Of a stretch of DNA of 52,168 nucleotides, positions 9,888-20,596 are shown piece after piece. The translations under genes and the position numbers were made by a program. Location of the stretch: NCBI GenBank assembly GCA_051382335.1, contig JBBCAX010000129.1, positions 1-52,168 of the forward strand, written 5' to 3'. How positions within the stretch are numbered: position 1 is the stretch's first letter; each line of letters starts with the position of its first letter. The stretch comes from Deltaproteobacteria bacterium TL4. Its GTDB lineage: Bacteria; SAR324; NAC60-12. The notes beneath the pieces were generated by a model. It saw only the letters and a program-made list of their open reading frames with translations. It was not told the DNA's origin and did not search any database.

Positions 9888-11085
9888 GACGTAACTTCCT
9901 CCTCTTAATGTTGGCTCGCACGATGAGATAATCAAAGGTGGGCGCAAAGACGTTTCCAAACAGGATGGCTAACATCATGCCTTCCGGGAAAGCGGGATTG
10001 ATTGTTCGTATGAGAATCACCATAAATCCAATTAAACCGCCATACATCCATCTTCCCTTGTTCGTACTGGCCGCTGAAACCGGATCGGTTGCCATAAACA
10101 CGAGTCCAAACGCAAAACCTCCCATGACCAAATGCCAAAGTGGATTGACACCAAACATCGGATTGGTCTCACTACCGATCATGAACAGCAAGGTTGAGGT
10201 GACTAACGCTCCTGCCAACACCCCAGCCATAACTCTCCAGGAACCAACCCCTGTCACAATCAGCAACACCGCCCCCAGAATACAGAAAAGTGTGGACGTT
10301 TCACCCATGGATCCGGGGGTTATTCCCAGGAACAGTTGATTCCAGGTGATCCCTGCCTGAGTAATCGCGGCAACCCCACCCTCTGCGGCAAGGCCCAAAG
10401 CCGTAGCGCCACTATAACCGTCAACGGCGACCCAGACTTGATTTCCCGAGATTTGCGCAGGATACGCAAAAAACAAAAACGCTCGTGCCACTAAGGCGGG
10501 GTTTAAGAAATTCTTCCCTGTTCCGCCAAAAACTTCTTTTCCAATCACCACACCAAACGAAATTCCGAGCGCAACCTGCCACAAAGGAATGGTTGGGGGT
10601 AAAATCAGAGGAAACAACATGCCTGTTACCAGGAAGCCTTCATTCACTTCATGTCCACGAACCATGGCAAAAAGCGCTTCCCAAAAGGCGCCGACAAGAT
10701 TACAAACAAGAAAAACCGGCAAGAAATATAGAGCTCCGTGAACCAATATGGACAGGAAACTCTGGGGATCATAGCCCAGCATATCCATCAGGAACCCCCG
10801 CCATCCCGCAGTGGTTTCCAACCCCATCTGCTTCATAGCGAGATTCGCCTGATAGCCTGTGTTAAGCATCGCGATGAGCATAATGGGTGTCAACGCAATA
10901 GCGACCATAATCATCATACGTTTAAAATCCGCGGCATCACGCACATGGGATCCGGAACGAGTCACATCACTGGGGGTAAAAAGAAAAGTATCCGCCATCT
11001 CATAGAGAGCAAAATACTTTTCATACTTTCCACCTTTTGCAAAAGACGGGTGGGCTCGATCAAAAGCAGCTCTGATAAATTTCAT
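9880..11085 (-). CDS. nqrB: Na+-NQR subunit B
   Basis: [10 protein letters not shown], the DGYSGAT FMN site and FMATDPVS. Confidence 0.97.
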   Translation of the reverse strand: MKFIRAAFDRAHPSFAKGGKYEKYFALYEMADTFLFTPSDVTRSGSHVRDAADFKRMMIMVAIALTPIMLIAMLNTGYQANLAMKQMGLETTAGWRGFLMDMLGYDPQSFLSILVHGALYFLPVFLVCNLVGAFWEALFAMVRGHEVNEGFLVTGMLFPLILPPTIPLWQVALGISFGVVIGKEVFGGTGKNFLNPALVARAFLFFAYPAQISGNQVWVAVDGYSGATALGLAAEGGVAAITQAGITWNQLFLGITPGSMGETSTLFCILGAVLLIVTGVGSWRVMAGVLAGALVTSTLLFMIGSETNPMFGVNPLWHLVMGGFAFGLVFMATDPVSAASTNKGRWMYGGLIGFMVILIRTINPAFPEGMMLAILFGNVFAPTFDYLIVRANIKRRKLRHV

Positions 11086-11088
11086 TAA

Positions 11089-12435
11089 TTAACCCTCCTT
11101 CTCAATTTTTGTAAGATTTCTTCTTAAAATGGGCCCATACTCTATTTTACCCGGGCAAACAAAGGTACACAGGGATAAATCTTCTTCATCCAATTCCAAA
11201 CACCCCAGATCCTGCGCCAAATCAGTATCCTCCATAACCAGGGCTTTGACCAGGTGGGTGGGGAGGATATCCAGAGGCATCACTTGCTCATAGCAGCCAA
11301 ACGGAACAATGGCACGGGGACTTCCCATCACATTGGTGTTGAGGGCATACTTTTTAGAGCGATTGAGTGCTGAAAAATAAATGTTTTTAATGGAAAATCG
11401 CTCAAAGCCCAATCCCAGCCAAGCCAGGAAATAACGCTCTCGTCCTTCACGCAAGACAGAGACCTGTGAATGATAACGCCCCAAGTACGCTAAGGTTGTC
11501 GAGGCCGTTCTTCCAGAAAGAACAGAACCGGAAATGATACGGTTTTCGCCGTCTTCCAAATTGCCTTCAGTCAACGCATCGGTAGATGCGCCCAGTCGAG
11601 TTCGCACGACCTTCGGTAAACGAACGACGGGTCCCGCGACAGAAATAATCCGTTCCGTATTTAATTTCCCAGAGACAAAAAGTCGTCCAATCGCGATTAC
11701 ATCCTGATAGTCCACAGACCATACCGTTTTTCCATGAGAGACGGGATCCAGAAAATGGATATGAGTTCCGGCAAGTCCTGCGGGATGAGGCCCTTGAAAT
11801 ACCACAGGGGTGACATAATCCAATTTTTCACTGGGAAGGAACTCATGAGGTGCCTGGCAAACGTATAATTTGCCCTCTGTCAATTTTGAGAGCATCAAAA
11901 GCCCGTTATTGAAATCACTGGCACTGGCCTTGATCACCATCGCCGCATTCACACAGAGGGGGTTGGTGTCCATAGCGGTGACAAAAAGGGAATGAGGGGT
12001 TGAGTCAATGGCAGGGACTTTACTGAAAGGCCGGGTTCTCAACGCAGACCATAACCCGGAATCAATCAGGTTGGTTTTGACTTGTTCAGCGGTTACCGAT
12101 TTTAAATCCTTTTCAGGGTAAGACGCAAAAGTTTCCTCAGCCGTCCCTTCCAACTCAATCACAACCGAAAGCAAAACGCGCTTTTCTCCCCGGTTAATCT
12201 CAATAATTTTTCCTGCTCCCGGTGCTGTATACTTGACACCGGGATTTTTTTTATCCGTAAACAACAACTGTCCCAATTTAACGGGGTCTCCTACGTTCAC
12301 TACCATCGTTGGCTTTAATCCGACATAGTCGGCACCAATAACAGCAACCCGTTTTACAGGCGGACCGTCCTGAATGGTTTGATCAGGCTCTCCAGTGAGG
12401 GGAACATCCAAACCTTTTTTGATGACTATATGCAT
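11089..12435 (-). CDS. nqrA: Na+-NQR subunit A
   Basis: Motifs [14 protein letters not shown] and CTFVCPGK. Start taken at MHIVIKK. Confidence 0.96.
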   Translation of the reverse strand: MHIVIKKGLDVPLTGEPDQTIQDGPPVKRVAVIGADYVGLKPTMVVNVGDPVKLGQLLFTDKKNPGVKYTAPGAGKIIEINRGEKRVLLSVVIELEGTAEETFASYPEKDLKSVTAEQVKTNLIDSGLWSALRTRPFSKVPAIDSTPHSLFVTAMDTNPLCVNAAMVIKASASDFNNGLLMLSKLTEGKLYVCQAPHEFLPSEKLDYVTPVVFQGPHPAGLAGTHIHFLDPVSHGKTVWSVDYQDVIAIGRLFVSGKLNTERIISVAGPVVRLPKVVRTRLGASTDALTEGNLEDGENRIISGSVLSGRTASTTLAYLGRYHSQVSVLREGRERYFLAWLGLGFERFSIKNIYFSALNRSKKYALNTNVMGSPRAIVPFGCYEQVMPLDILPTHLVKALVMEDTDLAQDLGCLELDEEDLSLCTFVCPGKIEYGPILRRNLTKIEKEG

Positions 12436-12623
12436 ACTTATTCTTGCGATAGAGGATTGGTATTTAAACATTACAGGCCTTCGGGGCAAAGAAGACCACA
12501 TCACGATTGCAAAAGTGTGATTTGATATCTAAAGAAAGACGTCCTTCGTCTCAATATCTTACGGGCAAAGGAGATCCCCCCTTTATAGTACCCTGAGTCA
12601 AAAATCAACAGATATCTCATGCC

Positions 12624-13697
12624 TTAAAAGAAATTGGTCAGTTTTTTTAAGCCCATTTCAAAGCTTGTTTTCAAAATCTTGCCTAAAAGCACGGCGCTAT
12701 AAGGGATTTTGGAATCAAAACTCACCGTCCATACGACTTCACATTGAGCCCCCTTTGGGGTAATCTCAACCTTTCCCTGATAATCGCGAAAAGGTGAGCC
12801 TTTTGAGATTGTGTACTCACTCCGTAAGGGCGGATCATAAACCGTAACGGTTTCCTCAAAGGTTATAGGACCAACGGACACCAAACGGACTGAGCCGACA
12901 TCGTTCGGATGGGTATTTGCCTTGGGACTGTCAACAATCCGAGTGAGTTTAACGCCAAGCCACTCACTCATCAATTCCGGTTCAGTCACATAATCAAAAA
13001 TGTTTTCAGCAGGAGCATGGATCCTTGCTCGAAGTTTGAAACGATAAGTGCCGGAAACAAGACGATGGCTCATTTTCGCAAACACGGCAGGGTAAGTGAG
13101 GTAGTGGATCCAGTTGGCCTTGGAACCCTGTTTCAGCAGATTTTGTGCCAACTGATAGAGTTCATCATAAGAAGGGATTACAGAAATCAAATTTTCGCCC
13201 TCTTGCTGGGCGTTAGGATCCTTTTGTAGTGTTTCAAGAAAGTCTAAGACTTCTGAAAAATTGACACGTTTGACGGTTTTTTCCAGAGACCGGTAACGGA
13301 TAATCCCTTCAGCATCAATGATCAACACCGCAGGATAGGCAATCCCTTGTTGCTCATGGTGATTGTAAAGATCATAAAGCTGAATCACTTGTTTTTCTTC
13401 ATCACATAACAAATCAAAGGGCAACTGCATACTGTCGCGCATTGCCTGGGACTGCTCTGGAGAATCAACCGAAAGCGCATAAACACGGGTGTTGTAATGT
13501 TCGATGATTGAATGATTGTTTTTCAATTCCGTCAACTGACTCACACAGAAAAGGCACCAATGCCCTCGGTAAAAGACGAGTAAAATATGATTGCCTTGGG
13601 CCAGGGCGTGCTTGAGTTGAAATTCACTTCGATCCGACATGACTGAAACAAAATCAAGAGCCGCCTGACCAACTTTCGGGGTATTAGAATAAGCCAT
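12624..13697 (-). CDS. Peroxiredoxin-like (AhpC/TSA) domain fused to an SRPBCC/START domain
   Basis: N-terminal FYRGHWCLFC, LSVDS and YPAVLIID; C-terminal IHAPAENIFDYVTEPE.MSEW and GSVR. Confidence 0.85.
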   Translation of the reverse strand: MAYSNTPKVGQAALDFVSVMSDRSEFQLKHALAQGNHILLVFYRGHWCLFCVSQLTELKNNHSIIEHYNTRVYALSVDSPEQSQAMRDSMQLPFDLLCDEEKQVIQLYDLYNHHEQQGIAYPAVLIIDAEGIIRYRSLEKTVKRVNFSEVLDFLETLQKDPNAQQEGENLISVIPSYDELYQLAQNLLKQGSKANWIHYLTYPAVFAKMSHRLVSGTYRFKLRARIHAPAENIFDYVTEPELMSEWLGVKLTRIVDSPKANTHPNDVGSVRLVSVGPITFEETVTVYDPPLRSEYTISKGSPFRDYQGKVEITPKGAQCEVVWTVSFDSKIPYSAVLLGKILKTSFEMGLKKLTNFF

Positions 13698-14030
13698 TTT
13701 TTCTCCTACATATCAATGAACAGTTTTAATGTTCAAAACGCTTACAGAAAAAATTGCTAAGAATCTAGTCAAATATGTGATATCTTGCCTTGCTCTAAGC
13801 CCACGCAATAGGGTATCGCTTGATGATCATTCATACCGATTATCCTGCCAAAGAAAATCAAGAGTTCATGTTACACAGTACTTCTCGTGATCAAGATCCA
13901 CTTTGCGAACGTAGATGCGGACCTTTGTGGGGAAACGAGGTGCGAAAGATGTTCCGCTGAATTGGAACCATACCCATTTATTTAATGGATCAAAGAATGT
14001 CCATAAAACCTATATTTGGAAAAGGAAAAC

Positions 14031-14843
14031 ATGAAAATTGGTTATATTCAATTTGCTCCAGAATTAAATGATTTACAGGGAACGCTTAATAAACTTGACC
14101 CCTTGCTGGAAGAGGCCTCGGAAGCGGATTTGTTAGTGCTGCCAGAGCTTTGCAACTCAGGCTATAATTTTAAAACAAAAGAAAGTGCTTTCCATTCTTC
14201 TGAAACTACAGAACGCAGTGAATTTATTACGTTTCTAACGGAAAAGTGTCAAAAGCATCATTTTCTCATTGCCTCAGGCTTTAATGAAAGAGAGGGGGAT
14301 AAACTATACAACTCAGCGATCCTTGTTGGCAGGGAGGGGTTCATCGGTAAGTACAGAAAATTACATCTTTTTATGAATGAAAAAGATTTTTTTGAACCTG
14401 GCAATTGGGGGCTCCCCGTCTTTGACGTTGGTCTGTGTAAAATAGGTATTTTAATTTGTTTTGATTGGTTTTTTCCTGAAGTGTGGAGAATCTTGGCTCT
14501 TAAAAATGTGGACCTTATCTGTCACCCTTCAAATCTGGTTTTACCAGGATTTGCGCAACGTGCGATTCCTATCCATGCGCTTACGAATCGCCTATTCATC
14601 ATCACCGCAAACAGAATAGGTACCGAAGATAATTTATCGTTTACGGGAATGTCCACAATAGCGAATCCCAAAGGGGAGGTTATCGCACAAGCTTCCCCAA
14701 AAAATGAAGAAATTAAAATAGTGGAGATAGATCTCTCGCTGGCACAAGACAAAATGATAACCCCAAGAAATCATGCCTTTAGCGATCGAATTCCAGGAGC
14801 ATATACTTTATTGAGTCAAGTGATTGAAGACTTTTCGCATTAA
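14031..14843 (+). CDS. Carbon-nitrogen hydrolase (nitrilase family)
   Basis: Catalytic triad motifs LPEL, YRKLHL and ICFDW. Confidence 0.93.
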   Translation: MKIGYIQFAPELNDLQGTLNKLDPLLEEASEADLLVLPELCNSGYNFKTKESAFHSSETTERSEFITFLTEKCQKHHFLIASGFNEREGDKLYNSAILVGREGFIGKYRKLHLFMNEKDFFEPGNWGLPVFDVGLCKIGILICFDWFFPEVWRILALKNVDLICHPSNLVLPGFAQRAIPIHALTNRLFIITANRIGTEDNLSFTGMSTIANPKGEVIAQASPKNEEIKIVEIDLSLAQDKMITPRNHAFSDRIPGAYTLLSQVIEDFSH

Positions 14844-15003
14844 CACTTTTTGAAACAGACAGAAATTGTTTCCTATGCAATCAACAGGCGAAGAAATCAA
14901 CTTTATATTCAGTAGTGGTTTTTGCGGGCTTCGTGGCAAAAAGCAAGAGTGGTACATGGGGAAGAGACTTATCGGGATGACGACTATCCTGATTTAAAAG
15001 GAA

Positions 15004-15087
15004 TACCGAAGAGGTGACTCGAACACCCACATCCTTGCGAATACTAGAACCTGAATCTAGCGCGTCTACCAATTCCGCCACTTCGGC
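15004..15087 (-). tRNA. tRNA-Leu(CAG)
   Basis: Cloverleaf GCCGAAG/CTTCGGT-A, anticodon arm CTAGA-TTCAGGT-TCTAG, long variable arm and TTCGA loop. CCA is not encoded. Confidence 0.96.
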
Positions 15088-15388
15088 AAAGCCAAGGGCT
15101 GACTTCTACCTGAGTGCTTCTTAAAAATCAATCTAAAATATCAAGAGTCTTGCTGTGAGACTAAATGCTGTGTTTAATGGAGGAATTGACTGGATAAATA
15201 TAATTATTCCTTTTACCTTTCTCGTCAGTGACTGGTTAAAAAAGGGTTCACGGAAGATTTTATACTATAAAAACCGTGTCCTCCGTGAACCCTTAGAACA
15301 GAAAACTCATCACGGATGAGTACCTTTTGACTTTTAATTTAAATAACCTCTCCCCCTTCGTAATTTACCATAGCTTCCGCAGTTTTTA

Positions 15389-16198
15389 ATGCAAAAATAT
15401 GCTTCAGAAAATGAGACCATTTACTTCGGGAATGCACTAGACGTGTTGGAACATCACATCCCTGATGAGTCTATTGATCTGATTTTTGCGGACCCACCTT
15501 ATAATCTCGGAAAGAATTTTTCTAATTTTAATGACCATTGGCCGAGTGATGAGGCGTATGCCCAATGGTGCTATCAATGGATTGATTTGTGTGTTTCCAA
15601 ATTGAAGGCTTCGGGCTCCATGTACTTAATGACCAGCACTCAGGCGATGCCTTATTTGGATCTTTATATACGGAAAAAGTTAACGATTTTATCACGGATT
15701 GTCTGGTCCTATGACAGTTCGGGGGTTCAAGCCAAACACTATTACGGCTCGCTTTGGGAACCCATCCTGTTTGGTGTGAAACAGGTAAAACACTATACGT
15801 TTAACGCACAGGATATTCTGGTCGAAGCCAAAACGGGGGCAAAAAGGAAATTGATGGACTATCGGGGTTCCGAGCCTAAACCTTATAATACTCAAAAAGT
15901 TCCCGGGAATGTATGGACGATCCCCAGAGTCAGATATCGAATGCAAGAGTATAAGCCTCATCCCTCTCAAAAGCCGGAAAAGTTAATGCAACGGATCATC
16001 AAAGCCAGTTCTAATGAAGGGGATTTGATCCTGGATCCGTTTGCTGGTACGTTCTCGACTTGTGCTGTGGCAAAAAAATTAAACAGGAAAAGTATCGGGA
16101 TAGAATTTCAGGAGGAATATATCAAGATCGGCCTCAAACGATTGGGAATCACAGAGAAGGAAGCGGTATGGAAAAATCGAAACCAACACAACGATTAA
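15389..16198 (+). CDS. yhdJ: Beta-class DNA adenine methyltransferase, YhdJ-like, with no cognate endonuclease nearby
   Basis: DPPY precedes DPFAG. SSGVQAK, KVPGNVW..PRVRY and HPSQKP resemble E. coli YhdJ. Confidence 0.85.
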   Translation: MQKYASENETIYFGNALDVLEHHIPDESIDLIFADPPYNLGKNFSNFNDHWPSDEAYAQWCYQWIDLCVSKLKASGSMYLMTSTQAMPYLDLYIRKKLTILSRIVWSYDSSGVQAKHYYGSLWEPILFGVKQVKHYTFNAQDILVEAKTGAKRKLMDYRGSEPKPYNTQKVPGNVWTIPRVRYRMQEYKPHPSQKPEKLMQRIIKASSNEGDLILDPFAGTFSTCAVAKKLNRKSIGIEFQEEYIKIGLKRLGITEKEAVWKNRNQHND

Positions 16199-16998
16199 GA
16201 ATCGCGTCAAAGGGAAAACGATTATTTGGTTTAATTTTCGATTTTGTTTTCTGCTTACTTTGTGTGAACTCTTTCAAAGAACTCACCAAAAAAGAACACT
16301 GGGATTTAGAAAGAACTACTGAATCCTGGGAAGGCTTGCTGATTTTTTATGGTTCCCTTGTGCTCTTGCTGATTGTTAAAGATATCTTCAACGGATGCAG
16401 TTTGGGCAAATATCTGACAGGGATCATCATTCGTCCTTTAAACAATATAAAGGAACCTCCTTCTGTCAAAACTGTAATTTTAAGGAATCTTACCCTTTTG
16501 ATCATTCCAGTTGAAGGCCTCCTTCTGTTGGTGGACAAATACGCAAGGCGGCTTGGTGATCGTTGGTTGGGAACGGTGGTGATTGAAAATCCCAAAGCCC
16601 TTCGTCTGATGTTACGTCTCTTATTAGCGAATATGGTGTTCTTTGTTTTTTTCTTTGGCGCCATGTTTTTTCAATCTCATCTCATTCAACGGACAGCCGC
16701 CTATCAAACAGCGATTCACGCTATAAATAATCATGAACCTTTGCTTCGTTTGCTAGGCCACATTGATGAGATTGAAGCACCTGAAATGCATTTGGATTTG
16801 AGCAATAGGAACACCCCTTCCCTGTTACAAGTTAAGTTAACTCACAAAGAGCAAGCCTTAACGGTTCAAGTCTTCCTCCAACTTCAACAGTACCCGGAAC
16901 GACATTGGCAAGTAAAAGAGATTCACTATGAAAATCCTGAATCCACGCCAGAAGCCGAAGCTCTAATTCAAACGCCCGCAACTCCTGTTTCTCAGTGA
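16168..16998 (+). CDS. RDD-family membrane protein with C-terminal extension
   Basis: Motifs KRLFGLIFD, SLGKYLTG, LRN and RRLGDRWLGTVV. Confidence 0.85.
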   Translation: MEKSKPTQRLRIASKGKRLFGLIFDFVFCLLCVNSFKELTKKEHWDLERTTESWEGLLIFYGSLVLLLIVKDIFNGCSLGKYLTGIIIRPLNNIKEPPSVKTVILRNLTLLIIPVEGLLLLVDKYARRLGDRWLGTVVIENPKALRLMLRLLLANMVFFVFFFGAMFFQSHLIQRTAAYQTAIHAINNHEPLLRLLGHIDEIEAPEMHLDLSNRNTPSLLQVKLTHKEQALTVQVFLQLQQYPERHWQVKEIHYENPESTPEAEALIQTPATPVSQ

Positions 16999-17118
16999 TT
17001 TATTAGCATTTTTTTTTGAGCGTAGCCCGTAAATTTGTAGAGCCTAGATCTTGACTAAAAAATAAAATCCCCTTATCTTTAAACATACGAAAGTTCATCC
17101 TCAACTTATGGAGATCAA

Positions 17119-17743
17119 ATGGAGACACAGTCGAGGCGATTGAGAGTGATATTGATTGGTGTCGTGTTTTGTCTGGTTGGAGGAGGCCTTTATGTCCAAC
17201 TGAGTTCTGAATCGAAGGAAAACGAAGCGCAAACTCTTGATTCTCAGTCATTCGATGAGCTTGGTCGTAAGTTCGGCCATTTTGATGGTAGCCCTGGGTT
17301 TCGTCCCAGGGGATACCGCGCACATTGTTCCTCGGGGCGAAACCCGAGGCTACCCCTGGCCGAAAATATGACCAACCCCCATTCGATCGATGCGGTGGAT
17401 GAGAAATTCTCATGAAAATTTACTGAAGAGTGCGCACTGGACGAATCTAGCGGCAGAGCAATTATCGGAGAAGCCCTCTGCTATCACACAAAAACAACTC
17501 GCCTTTTTGATACGAGACGGGATACTGAGGATTAGTGATTCTCCGATTATTCCTGACTACACTTTAAAACGCGAAGGTCCGTTGCATGATGAGTTTCGCT
17601 TTTTGAGACAGGTTGGAAAAATAAGAGAGGGGGTTAGATGGGAGTCTGTCCAAAAAAGCTTTGACCGTGAATTAATTGCTGAAATTCTGTCTAAACCACA
17701 GGCTTACCAATTAAATGAGTTTAATTACGCAATGAGTGAGTAA
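17119..17743 (+). pseudogene. Disrupted membrane-anchored/periplasmic protein gene (two ORF fragments separated by a MITE)
   Basis: GGAG RBS and TM helix in 17119-17256, MITE at 17257-17379, second fragment in another frame at 17390-17743. Confidence 0.55.
17257..17379 (+). mobile_element. 123-bp MITE with 8-bp target-site duplication CATTCGAT
   Basis: TIRs GAGCTTGGTCGTAAGTTCGGCC / GGCCGAAAATATGACCAACCCC. Direct repeats at 17249-17256 and 17380-17387. Internal GTAG...CTAC REP doublet. Confidence 0.88.
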
Positions 17744-17786
17744 AAAAGACTCCCGTCCCACTTAACACATCACACAACCGGGTACC

Positions 17787-20576
17787 ATGTTTTTTTCCAG
17801 TATTCGCACTAGAACCTTATCCTATTTGGGGTTGTTTTATTTAGTGCTGGTTTTCATTACCATCTCAGCCTACGTCTATGGCATTCCGTTGACACAAATC
17901 AGGGGGGCCTATGAACAATACCAAGCCGAGAGTCTGAACGATCTTAACCTGATCGCGAATTTAAAAAGAAGAACACTGCAAACCTGGATTGATGAACGTC
18001 AAAGTGATGCCCGTTTGCTGGCAACCTCTTTAGAACAATTCCCGCTGGGCTCTCTGTACGAAGCAATTCAGCAAAACCGCAATGCTGATGGGTCGGAGGA
18101 CAGACTTTCCGACGATCTCAGCCATCATCCCGCATACCAACAATTAGCAAAGTATCTTCAACGGATTCATTCACAGCATCGAAACTTCATTAAAACAGAA
18201 ATAATCGATGCTGCTTCCCGGAGACTTATCCTGTCTATCACTTCGGGTAAAGACCAGCCCCAACTGTTTGCTTCTATAATTTCTCAATTAGATCTGAAAT
18301 CCAACCTTCATGAACAAGTATTTTTTGTTGATGATGAAAAGAACGACTATAGCGCGCTGCACCTTTCCATTCCATTGGCTGTTCCGGGCTATGAACATTC
18401 TTTGTTATTATTGGCCCACATTGATATGGAACCTATTCTCAGTTCGATTACGGAAAATCAGGCCTTGTGGCAATTTCATGAACTACTGATCGTGGATATG
18501 AACCAACGGATCATTGCGCCTAAAGCTCATGAGCCTGACCGCCGTATGATCACACATGCTGATGATCAACTGGTGCGTTTGGCAATCGGCGGGAATGAAG
18601 GAACTCTGGTAACCAGGGATTTCCGTAATATCCCCGTTTTGGCGGCATACCGATACATTCATGTCAATGTTGAAACGGGTTTAGGCATGGTTGTTAAGAG
18701 AGATCTCTCCTCAATCATGATTCCAGTCACCAACACCATCTATGAAATTATCATTTTAGGAATTTTCAGCTTGTTGCTGGGGTTCATAATCATGGCCCTT
18801 ATTTTTAATTATCAGCTACGTCCTCTGGTATTGCTCAGTGAAAAAGCTCAAGAGGTTGAGCGGGGTAATTGGAATATCCAGGTCACACCCGTGTTCCAAA
18901 AAGATGAAATAGGTCAACTGACCCACGCGTTCAACTCCATGCTGGTCCGGATTCGTCAAGGCTATGAAACTTTGGAAAAACAGGTGGAAACCCGCACCTT
19001 TGATTTGAAATGCATCAATGAAGAGTTGGAGGAGGAGATTGAAGAAAGGAAATCCGTAGAAAATCAACTTCTGGCCTCAGAAGGACGTTTTCGCACGCTG
19101 TTTGATGGAATTTCTGACGGGATTATTTTTGTGGATAGTGAAAGGCGTTTCCATCATGTCAATCCCGCCATCTGTCACATGACGGGTTATACCGCAAGTG
19201 AGTTGAAAAATATTAGTGTTGACGAAATTTATCTGCATCAGGATCCTGCTTACATTCAGAAACAATTTGACTTAATGGAAAATGGAACGTTGTCGATGCT
19301 TGAAAATGTCCCTGTCAAAAGGAAGAACGGTTCTACCTTCAAAGCGGATGTTTCCATCATTTTACTGAATCTGGAACAACCGTATCTTGTCGGAATATTC
19401 AGGGATATTACGCAACGGCAGCTCTTAGAAGAAGAAATACGACAAGCTCATAAAATGGAAGCGCTGGGAACCATGGCCGGAGGAATTGCGCATGACTTCA
19501 ATAACATTCTTCAGGGAATTATTGTATCGGTGGAACTGGTCAAAAGAAAACTTGGCAGTGGCGCGGACAAATTAAACGAAATTTTAAATGAAACCCTTTT
19601 AATTACAAATCGGGGTGCAGACATTGTAAGGCAGCTTCTTACCTTTAGCCGTCAAGATGAACCGGAATTTCAAATCATACAACTCATTCCCATCATCAAG
19701 GAAGCTCTGAAAATGATGCGTTCGGCCTTACCCAGCACCATTGAGATCAAAGAGGATATCGATTATACCTGCCATCCCATCCTGGGGAACGTCACACAAA
19801 TTCATCAAGTCCTCATCAATCTCTGCAATAACGCGGGACATGCCATGCGGGAGCGAGGTGGATTCTTGAGGGTGGGTCTCTCCGAAAAAACTTTTCATGA
19901 AGATTCTTTGAAATTGATGAATCTTTCCGCCGGTCATTGCTATTTGCAACTGAAGGTTACCGATACAGGGACGGGGATCCCCAAGGATGCGTTATCTCGT
20001 ATTTTTGATCCTTTTTTTACAACCAAAGAAGTTGGAGAGGGCACCGGACTGGGTTTGGCGGTGGTTTACAGTATTGTGAAAAATCATAATGGCGGGATTA
20101 CCGTGGAAAGCAAGGAAGGCGTAGGGACCTGTTTTTGCGTTTATTTCCCCATTGTGGAAGAAAAAGTTTTTGAGGAAATGAAAAAGGAGGTGGCGATTCA
20201 AGGGGGATCCGAACATCTTTTGGTTGTTGATGACGAAGATATGGTGCTGACGATGGTGACCATGATTCTGGAGGAATACGGCTATAAAGTCACCACAGCG
20301 CGTAATGGCCAAGAGGCCTTAAATTGTTTCCGCTCGCAAGCGGATCAAATTGAGTTGGTGATTACAGATTTGACCATGCCTGAAATGACAGGCACAGAAT
20401 TGAGTGTCGCGCTTTTAAAGATCCGTCCCGGTCTTCCTATTATTTTAACAACAGGTTATGGACATACCATTTCCGAGGATCTCATCAGCGAGATAGGAAT
20501 TCGCAAGTATCTTCAAAAACCCTTCGAGTTGAATGATTTGATGCCCATCCTTCGAGAGATCCTGGATCATCCATGA
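17787..20576 (+). CDS. Hybrid sensor histidine kinase (periplasmic/Cache-like, HAMP, PAS, HisKA, HATPase, receiver)
   Basis: Motifs DEIGQL..AFN, GGIAHDFNNIL, NLCNNA, DPFFTTK, GTGLGL, VVDDE, DLTMP and QKP. Confidence 0.96.
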   Translation: MFFSSIRTRTLSYLGLFYLVLVFITISAYVYGIPLTQIRGAYEQYQAESLNDLNLIANLKRRTLQTWIDERQSDARLLATSLEQFPLGSLYEAIQQNRNADGSEDRLSDDLSHHPAYQQLAKYLQRIHSQHRNFIKTEIIDAASRRLILSITSGKDQPQLFASIISQLDLKSNLHEQVFFVDDEKNDYSALHLSIPLAVPGYEHSLLLLAHIDMEPILSSITENQALWQFHELLIVDMNQRIIAPKAHEPDRRMITHADDQLVRLAIGGNEGTLVTRDFRNIPVLAAYRYIHVNVETGLGMVVKRDLSSIMIPVTNTIYEIIILGIFSLLLGFIIMALIFNYQLRPLVLLSEKAQEVERGNWNIQVTPVFQKDEIGQLTHAFNSMLVRIRQGYETLEKQVETRTFDLKCINEELEEEIEERKSVENQLLASEGRFRTLFDGISDGIIFVDSERRFHHVNPAICHMTGYTASELKNISVDEIYLHQDPAYIQKQFDLMENGTLSMLENVPVKRKNGSTFKADVSIILLNLEQPYLVGIFRDITQRQLLEEEIRQAHKMEALGTMAGGIAHDFNNILQGIIVSVELVKRKLGSGADKLNEILNETLLITNRGADIVRQLLTFSRQDEPEFQIIQLIPIIKEALKMMRSALPSTIEIKEDIDYTCHPILGNVTQIHQVLINLCNNAGHAMRERGGFLRVGLSEKTFHEDSLKLMNLSAGHCYLQLKVTDTGTGIPKDALSRIFDPFFTTKEVGEGTGLGLAVVYSIVKNHNGGITVESKEGVGTCFCVYFPIVEEKVFEEMKKEVAIQGGSEHLLVVDDEDMVLTMVTMILEEYGYKVTTARNGQEALNCFRSQADQIELVITDLTMPEMTGTELSVALLKIRPGLPIILTTGYGHTISEDLISEIGIRKYLQKPFELNDLMPILREILDHP

Positions 20577-20596
20577 AGTGCACACTGACACTTCCG

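Noticed and set aside
14881..15081. 66-aa ORF MAELVDALDSGSS
   Set aside because: It is a shadow translation of tRNA-Leu.
14843..15400. tRNA-anchored genomic island
   Set aside because: No integrase and no duplicated tRNA 3' end were found in the window.
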